DNA of 64,000 bases from Eledone cirrhosa (GCA_964016885.1 OZ024742.1:275342001-275406000), one strand, 5' to 3'; shown: positions 25,901-40,532, numbered from the stretch's first letter. Numbers and translations are program-made. The notes: generated by a model from the sequence alone, not told the origin.

Positions 25901-27248
25901 TGGGCAGTTGAGTGCCGTTATCGAAGTCTATCACATCCGGAATAGTTTCGATGCACTCCTGGTTGGTTTGGATTAACATCTCAATGGAGGTGCCGACCCA
26001 ATCTTCTCTTACTTTTTTCTGTACTTGCAGTACAGTTGTTTTGTCCTCGATTCCGACGAGGACAGACGCGGCCAGCCAAGAAGGGGCCATCCCGGGGGGG
26101 ACGTGGGTCAGTTTGACCCTCACAATTTTTTGCCGCAGTAGGAGGACACCAACACCATTTCCTCGCTCCTTAGGGTCACTAAGAATTGAGCCTTTGCCTC
26201 CTGGGGTGTGGCAAAAAGCACGTCTACGGTGGCATATTTCTTGCCTCGGGTGATGTGCGTTTTCCGCTGCCACACAGACCCTAAGACTTTTTGTATTTGA
26301 GCCTCTGTGGCTCTTTCAACCCTACGGGATTTTGTGCTTGCTATACGGTACGTGACCGTACAGTGCTGTTGGATTTCGAAAAAATTTTCGGCTGCTTTGC
26401 AGATTGCTCGGTGTCCGGTTTTCTTCACCATCTTCTTCGCTTCCTCTAATTCCTCATTTGCTATGAGGATGGTTTCCAGGTTCTTTGCGATACCTGCAAA
26501 CGAGATTTGTTTTTCTTTGCTGCTGTTGTTGTTATTGTTGTTGTCGTCAGAGCTGCTGTTACTTTTGTTGTTGCTGCAGGTACTACGACTACTGCCGCCG
26601 CCGCTGTTGCTGTGGTTGTTGTTGTTGTTGCTGCTGCTGCTGTTGTTGTTGCTGTTGCTGCTAATGCTGTTGTTGTTTATGCTGCTGATGGTGATGCTGT
26701 TGCGGCTGCTACTGTTGTTTTCTTTGTCACTGTTGCTGCTGCTGCTGCTGTTATTACGGCTGCTACTGCTATTATTCATAACGTCAGACGAATGAAATGG
26801 GTTTTCGTATTTCCCGCACACCTTTTTCGTCGTTGTCGTCGTCGTCGTGGAGAAATGTTGCACGCTTTCTACGTGATTTTTCTTTACTGGCGTCGCTTGC
26901 GAAATAGAAGGGAGGGAGAGAGATACATTTAGAGAAGGGAGGTAGAGAGAAAATATTCTCTCTGCTGTAGTGACGATTGAGGAAGAAGAAGACGGAATGA
27001 GTGGGAGTGACCTATGAAAATTCTTTTTCGTAGCCATGTTGTTTTTTTTTTTAAATATATTGGGCACAAAACCCCAATAAGCGGTTATTTAACCCCGAAG
27101 GGCCAAATAACGCGCAGAAAGATCCCTCTCACGAGGAGGAGGGTGTTTTTGTCTACAAGTTGGTTAAAGTTTTAAACAATTTACAATTGTTATAGCGGTC
27201 AAAATTTACAATAACTTACAGAGCCGAGCCTCCGTCAACCATAGCATT
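22950..27248 (-). mobile_element. Tx1/L1-like LINE, 3'-truncated within RT
   Basis: ORF1 pieces 24889-27067; ORF2 start MTSLRIGSINARGL at 24853; RT motifs NFRPITLLN and DQSKAFD. Confidence 0.9.
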
Positions 27249-27249
27249 C

Positions 27250-30200
27250 AATAATAATAATAATAATAATAATAATGATTTCTTTATTAACCACAATGTT
27301 TTACATAAAGTAGACATTAAGGACAGTACAGGACAATACAGGGCGGTACAAATGGGCATGTCTGCGTGTAAAAAAAACAAGAAACAGAGGATGTAATAAT
27401 AGAACAATGAAAACAATTCCCCAATAGGGGGGAGACTTCCGAGGGACATTGATGGAGAAAGCCCATTAAAAAGCCACAGTGACACTGACCACCAGAGCAA
27501 GTGCCCTCTCCCAGTTTTCCACCTTTAATTTACAGACACATACTCAGAGTAGGCCCATTCACTCGAGCCATTCTTGCCTCTCTCACCCATCTTTCAACAA
27601 AATGCTGGGAAGAGAGCACTTCCCTTTCTTATTTTCCTTTTCAAATGAAATTTGAAAAAGTTAATCAGGGCATCACCGAAGAGGTAAGTGCTCGTCTTCA
27701 GCCCTTTCAAACGTGTCCACCATACTATCTCTTTCGCCATGGCCACCAGACAGATAAAAACTGCCTGCCCTTCCCGGCTAAAGAAGGAGGGCGGGGAAAT
27801 CCTGACGATGGACTCAGCTGATAGCGGGATCCGTCCTACACGCGACAGCAGGTGTTCGACATAAACCTACAAGTCAGCAATGCTCGGACACTGGACGAGT
27901 GCGTGCAGGACGGTTTCGTCGCCCTGCGCGCATCTCGGACATGCCCGGCTGACAGCACCTCCATGCCTGTAGAGTTTATCCTGAACTGGCAAAGCTCCTC
28001 GGTAGCACTGCCAGGCCAGGGATTTGTGGAAGTTGTCCATAGGCCCCGGCCCGAAAGTCCTTCAGAAGAGATTGGCTAGTTGATTTTCGTCGACGCCTAG
28101 AGTTTCCCGAAGTACCTCATCGCTCTTCCCCTCCACTAATCCTCTATAGAACGCCAAGGTGGAATTTCCACCGATCACATTGCCCGATTGGTCGAGGGCT
28201 GTGAGCGCCTGAAGACATTCCAGTCTCCAAGCGCTCCCTCTCGGTCTTCGCTTGACCCAGGACTGCAGCTCCGTCAAGAAGAGGAGCTGGGGAAAGACGT
28301 GTCTAGCAAACGGAGACCACACCTGATCACCGTCGAGGAAGAGGTGGAGATGTCGTAGCCTGAGCGCGTGTCTGCGCATCATCAGCCACGGCATTCCCAG
28401 CCCTCCACCTAGCGGGTGTTGACAGCAGATGGACCGCCTGACCATCAGAGCGCGTCCCTTCCACAAAAAGCGAAAGAGCAAACGCTCCAGCGCGGTCAGG
28501 CGGGGCTTAGGACAAGGTACGACGGTCAGGCGGTAGTAGATGACGGACGCGATATACGCGTTAGCCACCTCCGCTCGACCTTTCAGGGATAGCTTCCTCT
28601 CACCCCATTTGTGGGTGAGAGAAGCCACCCTGCTCGTCATCTCGTCCCAGTTTTTGTCCGTCTGGAGGTCTGGACCGAACCAGACCCCGAGCAATTTAAC
28701 TGGTCCGTCCGTCCAGCGCCCGACGACGCTGTTGGACGGCATGGACCTGCCTCTCCAGGTGCCGAGCTGCAGGCCCACTGACTTTTCCTGGTTGATCATT
28801 GCTCCTGTCACCGCTTCGTATTCTCTTAGTGTAGTGCCGATCGCCTCGATGTGTTTGGCGTTCGACACCACTACGGTGACATCGTCCGCATATGCTGACA
28901 CGGATCTTCCGCATCCTAGTTCGCGCGGGACCCCCCCCCCCCTCAACGTCTCCAGTTTGTGCAGTAATGGCTCGAGAGTCAATACGTACAAGAGGGGCAA
29001 GAGGGGACATCCTTGGCGGACCGAGCGCATGATGTTGAACGGTTCCGAAAGGTGACCGTTCACTCTCACCACAGAGCAGATGTCGCTGTGCATGGCAGCG
29101 ATCCAGCCTCTGAAGACGGGCCCAAAGCCAGCCGCCCTCAGGACTGCCGCTAGGTAACGATGGTCGACCCTATCGAAAGCTTTCGACTGATCTAAATTGA
29201 TCAAGGACCCACCCGTGCCATGTTCTCTAGCTACCCTATCTACGATGTATCGCGTGAGGTGGAGGTTGTCGTGGATGGATCTGTTGGGAATGGCGCATGT
29301 CTGCGCCTCTCCCACCAGACCACCAAGGACAAGCGCCAATCTCTTTGCTAGCACCTTGGCCAAAATCTTGAACTCTGTGATTCGCAGAGTTATGGGCCTA
29401 AAATTATCTATGTTATCCCCCTTGTTCGGATCCTTTCTCAGCAGCGCCACAGCTCCTGTGCTCACAGAGCTGGGAATTCTCCCGTTCTGTTGCCAGTTGC
29501 AGTAGACGTCCGCCAAGAGGCCTCCGAACAAGTCTGGCATCTGTACGTAAAGTTCATAGGGTAGACCATCCAAACCAGGCGATTTACCCTTTGTGCAGCT
29601 AGTCATTGCCTCCCGTACTTCAGCGGCTGTAATCGGCTTTTCGCAACACTCCGCCTCAGTGGCCGAGAGCCGCGGCAGTCCATCGAGGTAGACACTAAAG
29701 TCCATCCCTCGATCCGGCCCGCCGCTGCCCCCGAACAACTGAGCGAAGTGTCGCTGAAAAGCTTCACACATTTTCCCGGGATCGAGTAGCATGCGCCCGC
29801 GGTGGTCCACCAAAGACCGGATCGCGGCTTTGTTTCCACGATGCGCCTCCGCCACTCGGGCCCATTGAACGGCTTTCGTCCCCTCGTGTCTGAGAGCACG
29901 CACCTTAGCTCTGACAACGCAGCCTTCGTGCTTTGCATTGAAGAATTGGTCAAGAGCCAATTTCGCCGCAAGTACGTCGGTCGCGATGCCTTTGCTAAGC
30001 GCCTCGTCTAATTTTCAAACTAATTCTCACTGCTCTATTTTTCTCTATTGCTAAAGCCTTACTAAACCTAATGGACTCTATTCTAATTGCTCTTTTAAGA
30101 GCAAACCACCACTTGTTGTTGACGATGGCCCCCGTCAACGCCCGCTTAACTATTTCGCTGATCCTGTCTCTGTAGGCCTTGCGCGCTGGTCAGGACGCGT

Positions 30201-33105
30201 TTAGCTTCCAGTAACCGGGTCCTCGTCTATGAAGCCTATCTAAGTCAAGTACACAGATCACGAATTTGTGGTCCGTGTAGCTGACTATCTTGAATTGTGG
30301 ACAGCCTATGCTAGACATATCTATTTCTCTACAAAATACTCTATCTAGATATGATCTGGATGACCCTATGCGATTTGTCCAAGTCCACATTGGCACATTC
30401 GGGAAATCCAATCGGTACCTGTCAGACAGTTCAAAAGGCTCTTGCACCCTCCTCCTCTATCCGCTAATCCCACACAGTCCCAGCGTGCATCTAAGATCCC
30501 GTTCCAGTCGCCCACTAACACTAAAGAGCGGGACGTTCCAAGAAAGGTCGCCAGACGCCGGAAGAAATCAGGCCGCCCTGTACCTGTCGGGCATAGACGG
30601 CCACTGGCCTGACAGCTTGCCCGTCTCCGCTGGTCACGTCCAGCACCACCAACTTACCTTCTGGGTCCAGGAAGATGCCCCGTATGGCGAGATCCAAACC
30701 TCTCCGAAAAAGCACAACTCTCCCCCCCCCCATCCCGGATGGCTGGGAGATGCGTACACATCGTAGCCGCCGAAGATCGGTGCGAAGGCCCGTGCTTCGG
30801 AGATTCTGGTCTCGCTGATGGCCACTACATCTATGTTTAGTGACCTGAGGTCGTTGAGCAGGTGGCCCTGCTTCCATGACGACCCCAAGCCACGCGCATT
30901 TATGCTGCCTATTCTAAGTGAGGTCATGTTGAAATGGAGTGGAAAAGATGGGAAAGACCACTTACCTTACTTCTCGTAGAGGAAGGATGGTTTGTCCATC
31001 CTTTTCACTGCTTGTAGCCTCCTCCGGGAGGATGTCCTTATAAATCCTCCTGGAGAGTTTTTGCCAGAAGTCTCCGATGTCTTTTGGGAATTTTTGTTTT
31101 AATGTCGTGTACGTTTTCTGTGTGATGCGAGTGATTTGTGGAGGAGGTGTGAATTTTGGGTTGTTGTGTAGTCTTTTTCTGTGATGCTGGGGTTGTGTTG
31201 CATGTAGTGTAATAATTGGTTGTTGTTCAAATTTAATGCCGTGTAGTGTGTATCGTTTTGGTTGTTTTGTTTTGTTTGCGTTTGTTGTGGGTTTGGTTCT
31301 GTTACGCTTTTTGGTGACTCTTGTGGTGTTGGTGATGGTGGTGTTGGGGTTAATGATGGTGATGGTGTTGGTGTTTGTGGTGATGGATTGGTGATGCTGG
31401 TGTGGATGGTGGCATATCTGTCTTAACTTTCTTGTTCGATAATTTATTTGTTTCCTTCTGTATTTTGTTTTTTGAGGGGGAAGGAAGAGAATTTTTTCTT
31501 TTTTGGTTTCTTTTTTTTTTTCTTTTTTCCTGATACCGTTTCCCACTCCTCGTCGTCACAATCTGTCTCCAGTTGCGATAAGCCGGCGAGTGGAAAATCC
31601 TCCACAGGCGTTGGTTTTGTTTGTGGCGTGGTGGATGGTGTAGGCGCTGGTGCTAGTTCTGGCGCGTTGGGTGGTGGTGGTGTTGGTTTTGCTACTGTTG
31701 CTGGGGTTGTTGCTGTTACAGTTGCTTCTGTTGTTGCTGCTACAGTTGTTGCTGCAATTTCTGCTGCTGGTGGTGTTGATGGTTGAGTCACTGGGGTGGG
31801 TAAGAGAGGTGGCCTCAACCTTTTAGCCTGAGGGCAGAAAGCCCTTAGGTGGGTTCCTTCACCACAAACGACACACCTAGGTCTTCTGCCCTCGACGATT
31901 ACGGTGAGGTCTATTACCTCTGGTATCTCCACAATGCTTTTATGGTCCGCTTGGATCAGAAGCTCCATCCCAGATCCGGACCAGTTCTCCTGCTTTTCTT
32001 TTGCTATTTCTATTATTTTGGTGTTGGCCTCGATGCCGGCGAAGACGGCAGCCATTAGCCAGGGAATTTCGATGGCCCGTGGAACGTGGGTCACCCTGAT
32101 CTTCACAAGTCTCTGGCCACAATAGCTTGGGATGAGTGTGAAGTCGTCACTTCTTAATGGGGCCATGGAGTGTTCTCTGGCCTCCTGTGGTGTTTTAAAA
32201 AACACGTCCACGGTTCCATACTTCTGCCCACGTCTGATGTGGGTTTTTTGCCCACACATGTCCCAAAGCTTTTTGGATTTGGGACTCAGATGCCCGTTCC
32301 ACTCGGCGCGATTTTATGTTTATTGTCCGATAAGACACGGTGCATAGGCGACGTTACTCCATTTTATTAGGTGGTGGGTGAGGCTGACCCTGTACCAATC
32401 TTTCTTTACCATTCCTTTGGCTTCGTCTAATTCTTCCTGAGTTACCTGCATAGCTTCGCACGTTTTTGCTACTCTGGCAAAACTCAGGGTAGTTTTCTTA
32501 ATTTCATTGTTGCTGTTGTTATTATCGTTATTTTTGCTATTGTTAATTTTAGTTTCAGTTGGGGTGGTGGTAGCGTCAGTGGTGTTCGGTGTGGAAGAGT
32601 TAATTTTGGTTGAATTCATTTCGATATCATGAGTTAATTTATTTTTTCTTTTGTTTCTGTTGTCGCTGTGGTGGTGGTGGGGGTGGGGGTTGTCGCGGTG
32701 GTGGTGGTGGTGGCGGCTTTAACACCTGCAGTCATTGGTAATGGCGGGAAATGAACGTCTGCCTGAGACAAATTTAAAATATTGCTACTGCTTACAATTC
32801 CAGTGTTGGCAAACGTAGCAATATTTACAATGGTGGTGTCGGTGTGAGGTGTTGTATTGTGAGGAAGGAGTGAATCTTAGTCATCCATTATTTTTCAAAG
32901 AAAAAATTTTTTGTTTGATAATTATAAAAAGTTTAAATTTTGGGATCAAGGCCCCAATATTTTTGAGTGTCCTTTTCAGAAATCAATGTATGTGCACTTA
33001 TATATAGTTAACAATAAACATTTTCCATAAATGCCAATTTTAAATAACTGAAAATAACAAACCTTTGCGGAGCTCACGATGATACGATTTACTACGTAGG
33101 TCGCC
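27250..33105 (-). mobile_element. Near full-length Tx1/L1-like LINE, frameshifted
   Basis: ORF1 30962-32880; APE from 30927; RT ORF 28062-29960; AATAAA then (TTA)n tail; (AAT)n on both flanks. Confidence 0.92.
28062..29960 (-). pseudogene. Tx1-like ORF2 reverse transcriptase segment (632 aa)
   Basis: KSPGLDGL, DQSKAFDRV, VRQGCPL, YADD. Confidence 0.9.
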
Positions 33106-33151
<46 letters not shown>

Positions 33152-33904
33152 GGTACGAAAACGCACATGGTGGATATATATCGTTATGGAATCGCTCCCG
33201 TAAGTTTTTGATTTTTACTTATTTAAAACAACTGTGATAGAATAATTCTTATTACAAATGAAATATAAGATTACAGTTTTTTACGCTCAGCAAGCCTTAA
33301 CGCATCACTTTACGGCATAGGGCCACAATATTTAATATTTAATTTTTGATCAGAAATATTATAGTCGAAAAAGAGGAAAATGGCAAAATGTCTAAATAGT
33401 TAAATGGCTAAGTGGACAGACAAGCAAATAATTTCACCACCAACACCACCGCCGCCACCATCACCACTACCACGCCAAAAACTCTAGTCAAGTTACCACA
33501 ACTTCTATTTCTACTTCACCTTCAACACCATCACTACAGTACTACGATTACTTCACCACCACCACTGCCTCATTATCGCTACCGCCGCTATTCTCTCCCA
33601 CTAACTCCTGCTAAGACATGCATCGTAGTGTCCCCACTAAAAGAGGAAGGCATCAAAAGATATAAATAGACTGATTTGATGACCCGGTCAAAAAATTAAA
33701 AAAATAAAAAATAAAAATAAAAACAGCACAGCAACAACGAAAAACCTAAAGAAAAGAAAAATGAAAAGAAAAACAAACAGACAGAGAAGGAAAAGGATAA
33801 AAAAAAAGAAACTAAGTCAGACATTCAAACATTACATTACACTGAAACTTATGCTTATTCTTTTGGGGTTTTTTTTTACCTATTTGTTTATTTGTTTATT
33901 TATG

Positions 33905-36900
33905 TTCGTCTACAGCGTGATAGTGCCACACTAAAATCACCGGGGGTGATGAAATCACCGAAGGTGTGGAAACCACCGGTGGTTATGTAACCATACATTC
34001 ACCAATCCTCGAGAAGAGTGTTTAAATGTCGAACCTAAACAGTTCGAATAACGGTGAAGTGGAGACTGGAATGTCATGTGACAGACTCTCACCCAGCAGG
34101 TGCTCCCTGGCTCAGCAGCAGGGACCTAGCTGTCGACCAAATACTGCTGGTGTCGGAGGAAGAAGAAGAAGGAAAGGGACCAGGACCAACTGGACGAAAG
34201 AATTGAATAGAACTGTTATGCAATGTTACCTGAAGAGTAACCCCAAGGAGAAAGGCTATAGGAAACGGATGCATAACATATGGAACGAGATTCGTCTGTT
34301 TAAATTAGATGAACAAAAATTGGCCGGGCAGGCTCGGGTAATAAGAACTAATGGGTGGATAAGCGAGCTGGAACTGGAGGAACTGAGCAGAGAGATTAGC
34401 TTGGAAATGGAGAGTGGAGTATGCCAGGCAAACGAGCCAGTGGGAAATGAAGGTGAAGAGGTTGAGAGAACGGAGGAACCATCCGAAGCAGACAATGATC
34501 TGAATGCTGAAATAAATAATACCTGTAACAGAGATACGGCCATTGAGGAGATGAATGCTGACGGGCTAGAACAAGATTTGGTTGATATCCTAAACTTAGT
34601 GGTAGATGAATTGAACAATGATAGTGGGAAACCTATGAACCTAAGATTTGTAGACAGGAAAAAGTTAAAAGAAACAACAGCTAAGGTAAACAAAGTCATC
34701 CCATACCTTGAGGCGAGGAGCCTTCACCAGTGCAACAATATCCTCAAAGCAACAGCAAATACGGTGAGGAAATTACTTGGTATAAAAGCGAGAGGAAACA
34801 ACAAACAAGAAAGATCAGAGCCTTGGTGGAAGAAACGACTGAGTGGTCAAATCAGGGAAATAAGAAATGACATTGGAAAGCTTGAGTCCCTACTGAATGG
34901 GACACTAAAAAACATAGACACTAAAAATAGACTGGAAATAAAGTACAAAACTAGGAGGAAAAAGCTAAATATTATCATAGAGGAACTGAAGCAACGCATT
35001 GTAGCAAAGAGTGCAAAAATCAGGCGATACGAGAACAGAGTCAGTCAGTATAGACAGAACCGCATGTTTGACAACAACCAGAAGATGCTGTTTGGACAGC
35101 TTGAAGGGAAAGAAAGAGGCAACGACCTGATCCCTGAGGCGGAACAAACTAAAACATTCTGGAGAGGAATATGGGAGAAGGATGTTAAACATAACGACCA
35201 GGCAGTGTGGATTGAGACAGTACAAAAGGAGATTAGTGAACAGGCACACCAACAAACTGATTTGAGTATCACAGTTGAAACTCTTAAGGGGCAGGCCAAA
35301 AAACTAACCAACTGGAAATCACCAGGCCCAGATGGTGTGCAGGGGTATTGGATAAAAAATATAACATCCCTCCACCCGAAACTGACAACCATGTTCAATG
35401 ACTGCTTGATGTCAGGTGAGGTACCAGAGTGTTTGACAAAAGGTACCACAGTTCTGATAATGAAAGACCGAATCAAGGGTAATGATGTTACCAACTATAG
35501 ACCTATCACATGTCTGTCCGTAATGTGGAAATTGTTGACAAGCATTGTGTCTGAGGAAATCTACCATCACCTCCACACAAACAACTTGTTACCGGACGAA
35601 CAGAAAGAATGCCGAAAGAAGTCCCGTGGTACAAAGGACCAGTTACTTATTCATAAGATGCTAATGAGGAATTGCAAGAGGAGACACACTGGTCTTGCCA
35701 TGGGATGGATAGACTACAAAAAGGCATTTGACATGGTGCCTCGTTCTTGGATCACCAAAAGCCTGGAGATCTTCAAGGTGGCAGATAACATCAGACAGTT
35801 GTTGGACAAAAGTATGAAGTCCTGGGAAACTGAGTTAACATGAGCTAGAGAATCCTTGGGAAGCGTGAAGATCAAGAGAGGTATCTTCCAGAGAGATAGT
35901 CTGTCCCCTCTGTTGTTTGTCCTTGCCCTGATGCCCCTGACCAGTATACTGCGAAAAGTGAGAGCAGGATACAGGTTGGGAAAAGGTGGACTTACCATCA
36001 ATCACCTCCTCTTCATGGACGATCTTAAGCTCTTCGGGAAGAGTGAGAAGGAGTTGGATGTGCTTGTTGACACTGTGCGTATTTTCAGCAATGATATATG
36101 TATGCAATTTGGTATTAGTAAGTGTGGAGTCCTTGTGATGAAGATGTGTAAATTGAGCAGAAGTAACGGAATCCAGGTACCAACAGGTGAGATGATAAAG
36201 GAAATTGACACTGAAGAAGGATACAAGTATTTGGGTGTTCTGGAGGCTGATGACATCAAGAACTAAAAAATGAAGGAATTGATAAGAACTGAATACATTC
36301 GGAGAGTAAGGAGCGTATTAAAGTCACATCTGAACAGTAGGAATGCCATAAGTGCAGTACATTCCCGAGCTGTGTCTATTATTAGGTACAGTGCGGGAAT
36401 TCTGAGATGGAATATTGCTGAACAAAAAGAAATGGATAGGAAGACTAGGAAGCTATTGACTATCTACAACATGTTCCACAAGAGGAGTGATGTCGAGAGA
36501 CTCTACTTAAGGAGATCTGAAGGTGGAAGAGGTCTTATCAGCATAGAGGACTGTGTTCAGATGGAAAAAAACAACCTACACAAATACGTGACTGATAGTA
36601 AGGAGCCAATGCTCAGAACTGTACTGAAGGAGAGGACAATAGACCAGGGGATGTCCAAGGAGGAAATAACATGAAGGAGAAAGAGCAGCCTTCAGGAAAA
36701 ATCCCTTCATAGTACCTTCTTTGAGAAAACTGAATTCAGAGATCCACAGACATGGAACTGGTTGAAAAGAGGAGACCTTAAAAAGGCTACAGAAGGAATG
36801 TTAATGGCTGCGCAAGAGTAGGCCTTCAAAACGAAGTGGTTGAAACACCATATTTACAAGGAGGAGGCTAGCCCACTATGCAGGATCTGTGGAGAGAGAG

Positions 36901-37524
36901 AGGAGACTGTGGCTCACATTGTATCCGAGTGTAAACACCTAGCCCAGACTCACTATAAGGGTTGGAGACATGATGTGATGGGCAGGGTGATCCACTGGCA
37001 CTTATGCAAAGTAAACAATTTACCATATTCTGAGAAGTGGTATGAGCATAAGCCAGAGTCGGTGATAGAAAACGATCAGGTGAAGGTGCTGTGGGATTTT
37101 AGGATACAGATGGACAAGAAACTGGAACACAATAGACCTGACCTTGTGGTTGTGGACATAGAAAAAAGATCGTGCCTGATTGTGGATGTGGCCTGCCCAT
37201 TCGACACGAGAGTGCAAGAGAAGGAGAGGGAGAAAATTAACCGATACCAGGACTTAAAGTGGGAGGTAAAAAGGATTTGGAACTGCCATGAAGTCAAAGT
37301 GGTCCCGATTGTCATAGGCGCGCTAGGTACTATCTCAAAAAGTTTCCAGGGATGCTTAAAGAAAATTGGTCCCGCCACGCTTTTTGGAACGCTTCAAAAG
37401 GCATGCTTGCTGGGAACAGCAAGAACCCTCCGATACGTCCTGAATATCTGAGGCTGCAGGTAGTGGCTTGATATTCATTTCAACAAACTTTCCAGTTAAC
37501 TAACATCAATGACTGAGACTCAAA

Positions 37525-37560
<36 letters not shown>
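33905..37560 (+). mobile_element. R4/Dong-like non-LTR retrotransposon (RT-CCHC-RLE)
   Basis: One reading frame 34026-37451 broken by four stops; GIFQRDSLSPL, FMDD, CRIC..ET..H...C, RPDLVV..IVDVACP; (TAA)n tail. Confidence 0.92.
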
Positions 37561-37561
<1 letters not shown>

Positions 37562-37563
<2 letters not shown>

Positions 37564-39762
37564 TTTCTTTATTGGCCACAAGGGCTGACATCAAGAAAAA
37601 CATTACAGACGGCACAGGACGGTACGATGTGGGTTTTGTGCGTGTAAATATTTTTATTATTTATATAAGAAAAGAAAAAAAGACATAGAAACATATATAT
37701 ATATAAACAATAAAAATGAAAATTCAAACAAAGAAAAATTCCCCAATAGGGGGGAAACATCCGAGTGTTACTCGTGACGAAATCCACACAAAAGACCACG
37801 GCCACCCTGACCACCAGCGCCGTCTCTCAATTTTTTCCATTTCTCAAACTACAGACGTATATTCAGAGCGGTCCCGTTCACTCGGGCCATTCTCGCTACA
37901 TCCACCCACCTTTCAACAAACTTGCTAGAAGGCAGCACTTGCCCCTCCATCCTGATTTTCCTCTTCAAGTGAAACTTGAAAAAGTTAATTAGGGATTCGC
38001 CGAAGAGGAAAGTGTCTGCCCTTAACCCTTTCAAACTTGTCCACCACACAATCTCTTTCGCCATGGCCACCAGGCAGATGAAAACCGCCTGCACTTCCTC
38101 CTCGAAGGAAGACGGCGGGACCATCTGCACAATGGACTCAGTCGATAACCGGACCAGTCCTACACGCTACAGCAACTGTTCGACATAGCTCCACAAGGCA
38201 GCAATGCTCGGGCACAGAACGAGTGCATGCACGACGGTTTCGTCGCTCTGCGCGCATCTCGGACAGGCTCGGCTGACGGCACTTCCGTGCCTGTAGAGCT
38301 TATCTCGAACCGGTAGCACTGCCAGGCCAGCGATTTTTTGAAGTTATCCATAAGCCCTGGGCTGAAAGTTCTCCGGAAGAGAGCAAACAGCTGATCTTCT
38401 TCGACGCCCAGGATCTCTCCGAGAACGTCGTCGCTCTTCCCCTCCACTAGTCCTCTATAGAACGCCGAGGTGGATGTTCCACCGATACTGGTGCCCAGCT
38501 GACAGAGGGCAGTTAGCGCCTGGTGACATTCCAGTTTCCAAGCGCTATCATTCGGTCTTTTTCTGACCCAGGACTGCAGCTCCGTCAAGGAGACGAGGTG
38601 TGGGGAAACGTGCCTGGCGAACGGCGACCACACCTGTTCACCGTTAAGGAAGCACCAGAGATGTCGCAGCCTCAGCGCATGTTTGCGCATCATCAGCCAT
38701 GGCATGCCCAGTCCTCCTCGCAACGGCTGTTGACAGCAGATAGATCGTCTGACCATGTGAGCGTGTCCCTTCCATAAAAAGCGGAAGAGGAGGCACTCCA
38801 TTTTGGTGAGAGTTTGGCCGGGGCAGGGGACGATGGTTAGGCGGTAGCAGATGACGGATGCGATGTACGCATTCGCCACCTCCCCCCGGCCTTTCAGGGA
38901 CAGGTTCCTCTCGGCCCATTTCTGGATGAGAGAGGCCAGCATGCTGGTCACGTCGCTCCAGTTCTTTTCCATCTGGAGGTCCGGTCCAAATCAGACCCGA
39001 GCAATTTAACCGGTCAATCCGTCCAACGCCCCACGACGCTGTCGGACGGCATGAACTCCGGTTGCCGAGCTGCAAACCCACCGACTTTTCCTGGTTTATA
39101 TTTGCTCCTGTCACCGCCTTGTATTCCCTGTGAGTGGTGCCGAGTATCTGGACGTGTCTGGTGCTCGACAACCCCAAGGTGAAGACGTCGGCGTAAGCCG
39201 ACTCTGATTTCCCGCATCCCAGTTCGCGTGGGGCGCCCCTCATCGCCCCCAGTTTGTGCAGTAACGGCTCGAGAGCCTATACATACAAGAGGGACGAGAG
39301 ACGACAACCTTGGCGGACCGAGCGCATGATGCTAAACGGCTGCGACAGGTGACCGGCCACCCTCACAACTGAGCAGATGTCGCTGTACATCGCAGCGATC
39401 CAAACCCTGAAAACGGGCCCGAAACCGGCTGCCTCAAGGACCACCGCCAGGTACCGATGGTCGACCCTATCGAATGCTTTGGATTGATCCAAGTTGATCA
39501 GGGCCCCACCCGTGACAGGTTCCTTAACCACCCTCTCTATGATGTATCGCATGAGGTGGAGGTTGTCGTGTATGGATCTGTCCGGAATGGCGCATATCTG
39601 CGCCTCTCCCACCAGACCCTCGACGACAAGCGCCAACCTCGTTGCTAACACCTTGGCCAAAATCTTGAACTCTGCATTTAGCAGAGTTATGGGCCTGAAG
39701 TTATTGATAACATCCCCCTTGTTTGGGTCTTTTCTCAGCAGGGCCACCGCTCCCCGTCTCAC
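37562..39762 (-). mobile_element. 5'-truncated Tx1/L1-like LINE
   Basis: RT and C-terminal fragments homologous to 28062-29960; same 3' end (AATAAAgaaatc followed by (att)n). Confidence 0.9.
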
Positions 39763-39805
39763 ACCAAAGATTTTTATCTGATATATTCCTACGTTATATT
39801 TTGAA

Positions 39806-39863
39806 TTACCTGATGATGTCACCGGATTCATAGTGAACCCGGTCATTGAAATGATCATAGTAA
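39806..39863 (+). ncRNA. Type I hammerhead with palindromic stem III
   Basis: UUAC-CUGAUGA-stem II (accgg/ccggu)-GAA-AUGAUCAU-A^GUAA, ~35 nt before a (TA)n array. Confidence 0.8.
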
Positions 39864-39898
39864 AATGAACCTTTCAAGGATTTACACCTGTTATTTTG

Positions 39899-40038
<140 letters not shown>

Positions 40039-40234
40039 ATATTATTTTCACCTGCTCCTGGAACAATCGTTGCGATTTCAACGCAGAAGGACACAATCGC
40101 TATCTTAGAATGGTATATCAGTAATTATAAATACGTAGTAGCTGCTGGAAAGTGATGAATAGAGGACAATAGAAACAACACTATAATATACGAAAATTAC
40201 ATAGAATTGCCTTATGACTATGGCAAAAACACCA

Positions 40235-40331
<97 letters not shown>

Positions 40332-40532
40332 TATGTACACGTACATACATATATGTATACAGACGTACAGTAGTATGTATATATATATACATACATGCAT
40401 ACATATATATGTACGTATGGATTCACCGAACATTTATTATAATGCTCGGTGTGTTTGTAAACAAACATCCCGAATTAAGCCGTACAGTGTCTAGCAACCA
40501 TCGTTGCTCATTTGTTCAACACTGACAAAGGA

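Noticed and set aside
34026-37451. Alternative genetic code or programmed readthrough for four in-frame stops
   Set aside because: The stops are mixed (TGA, TAA, TGA, TAG), consistent with random decay.
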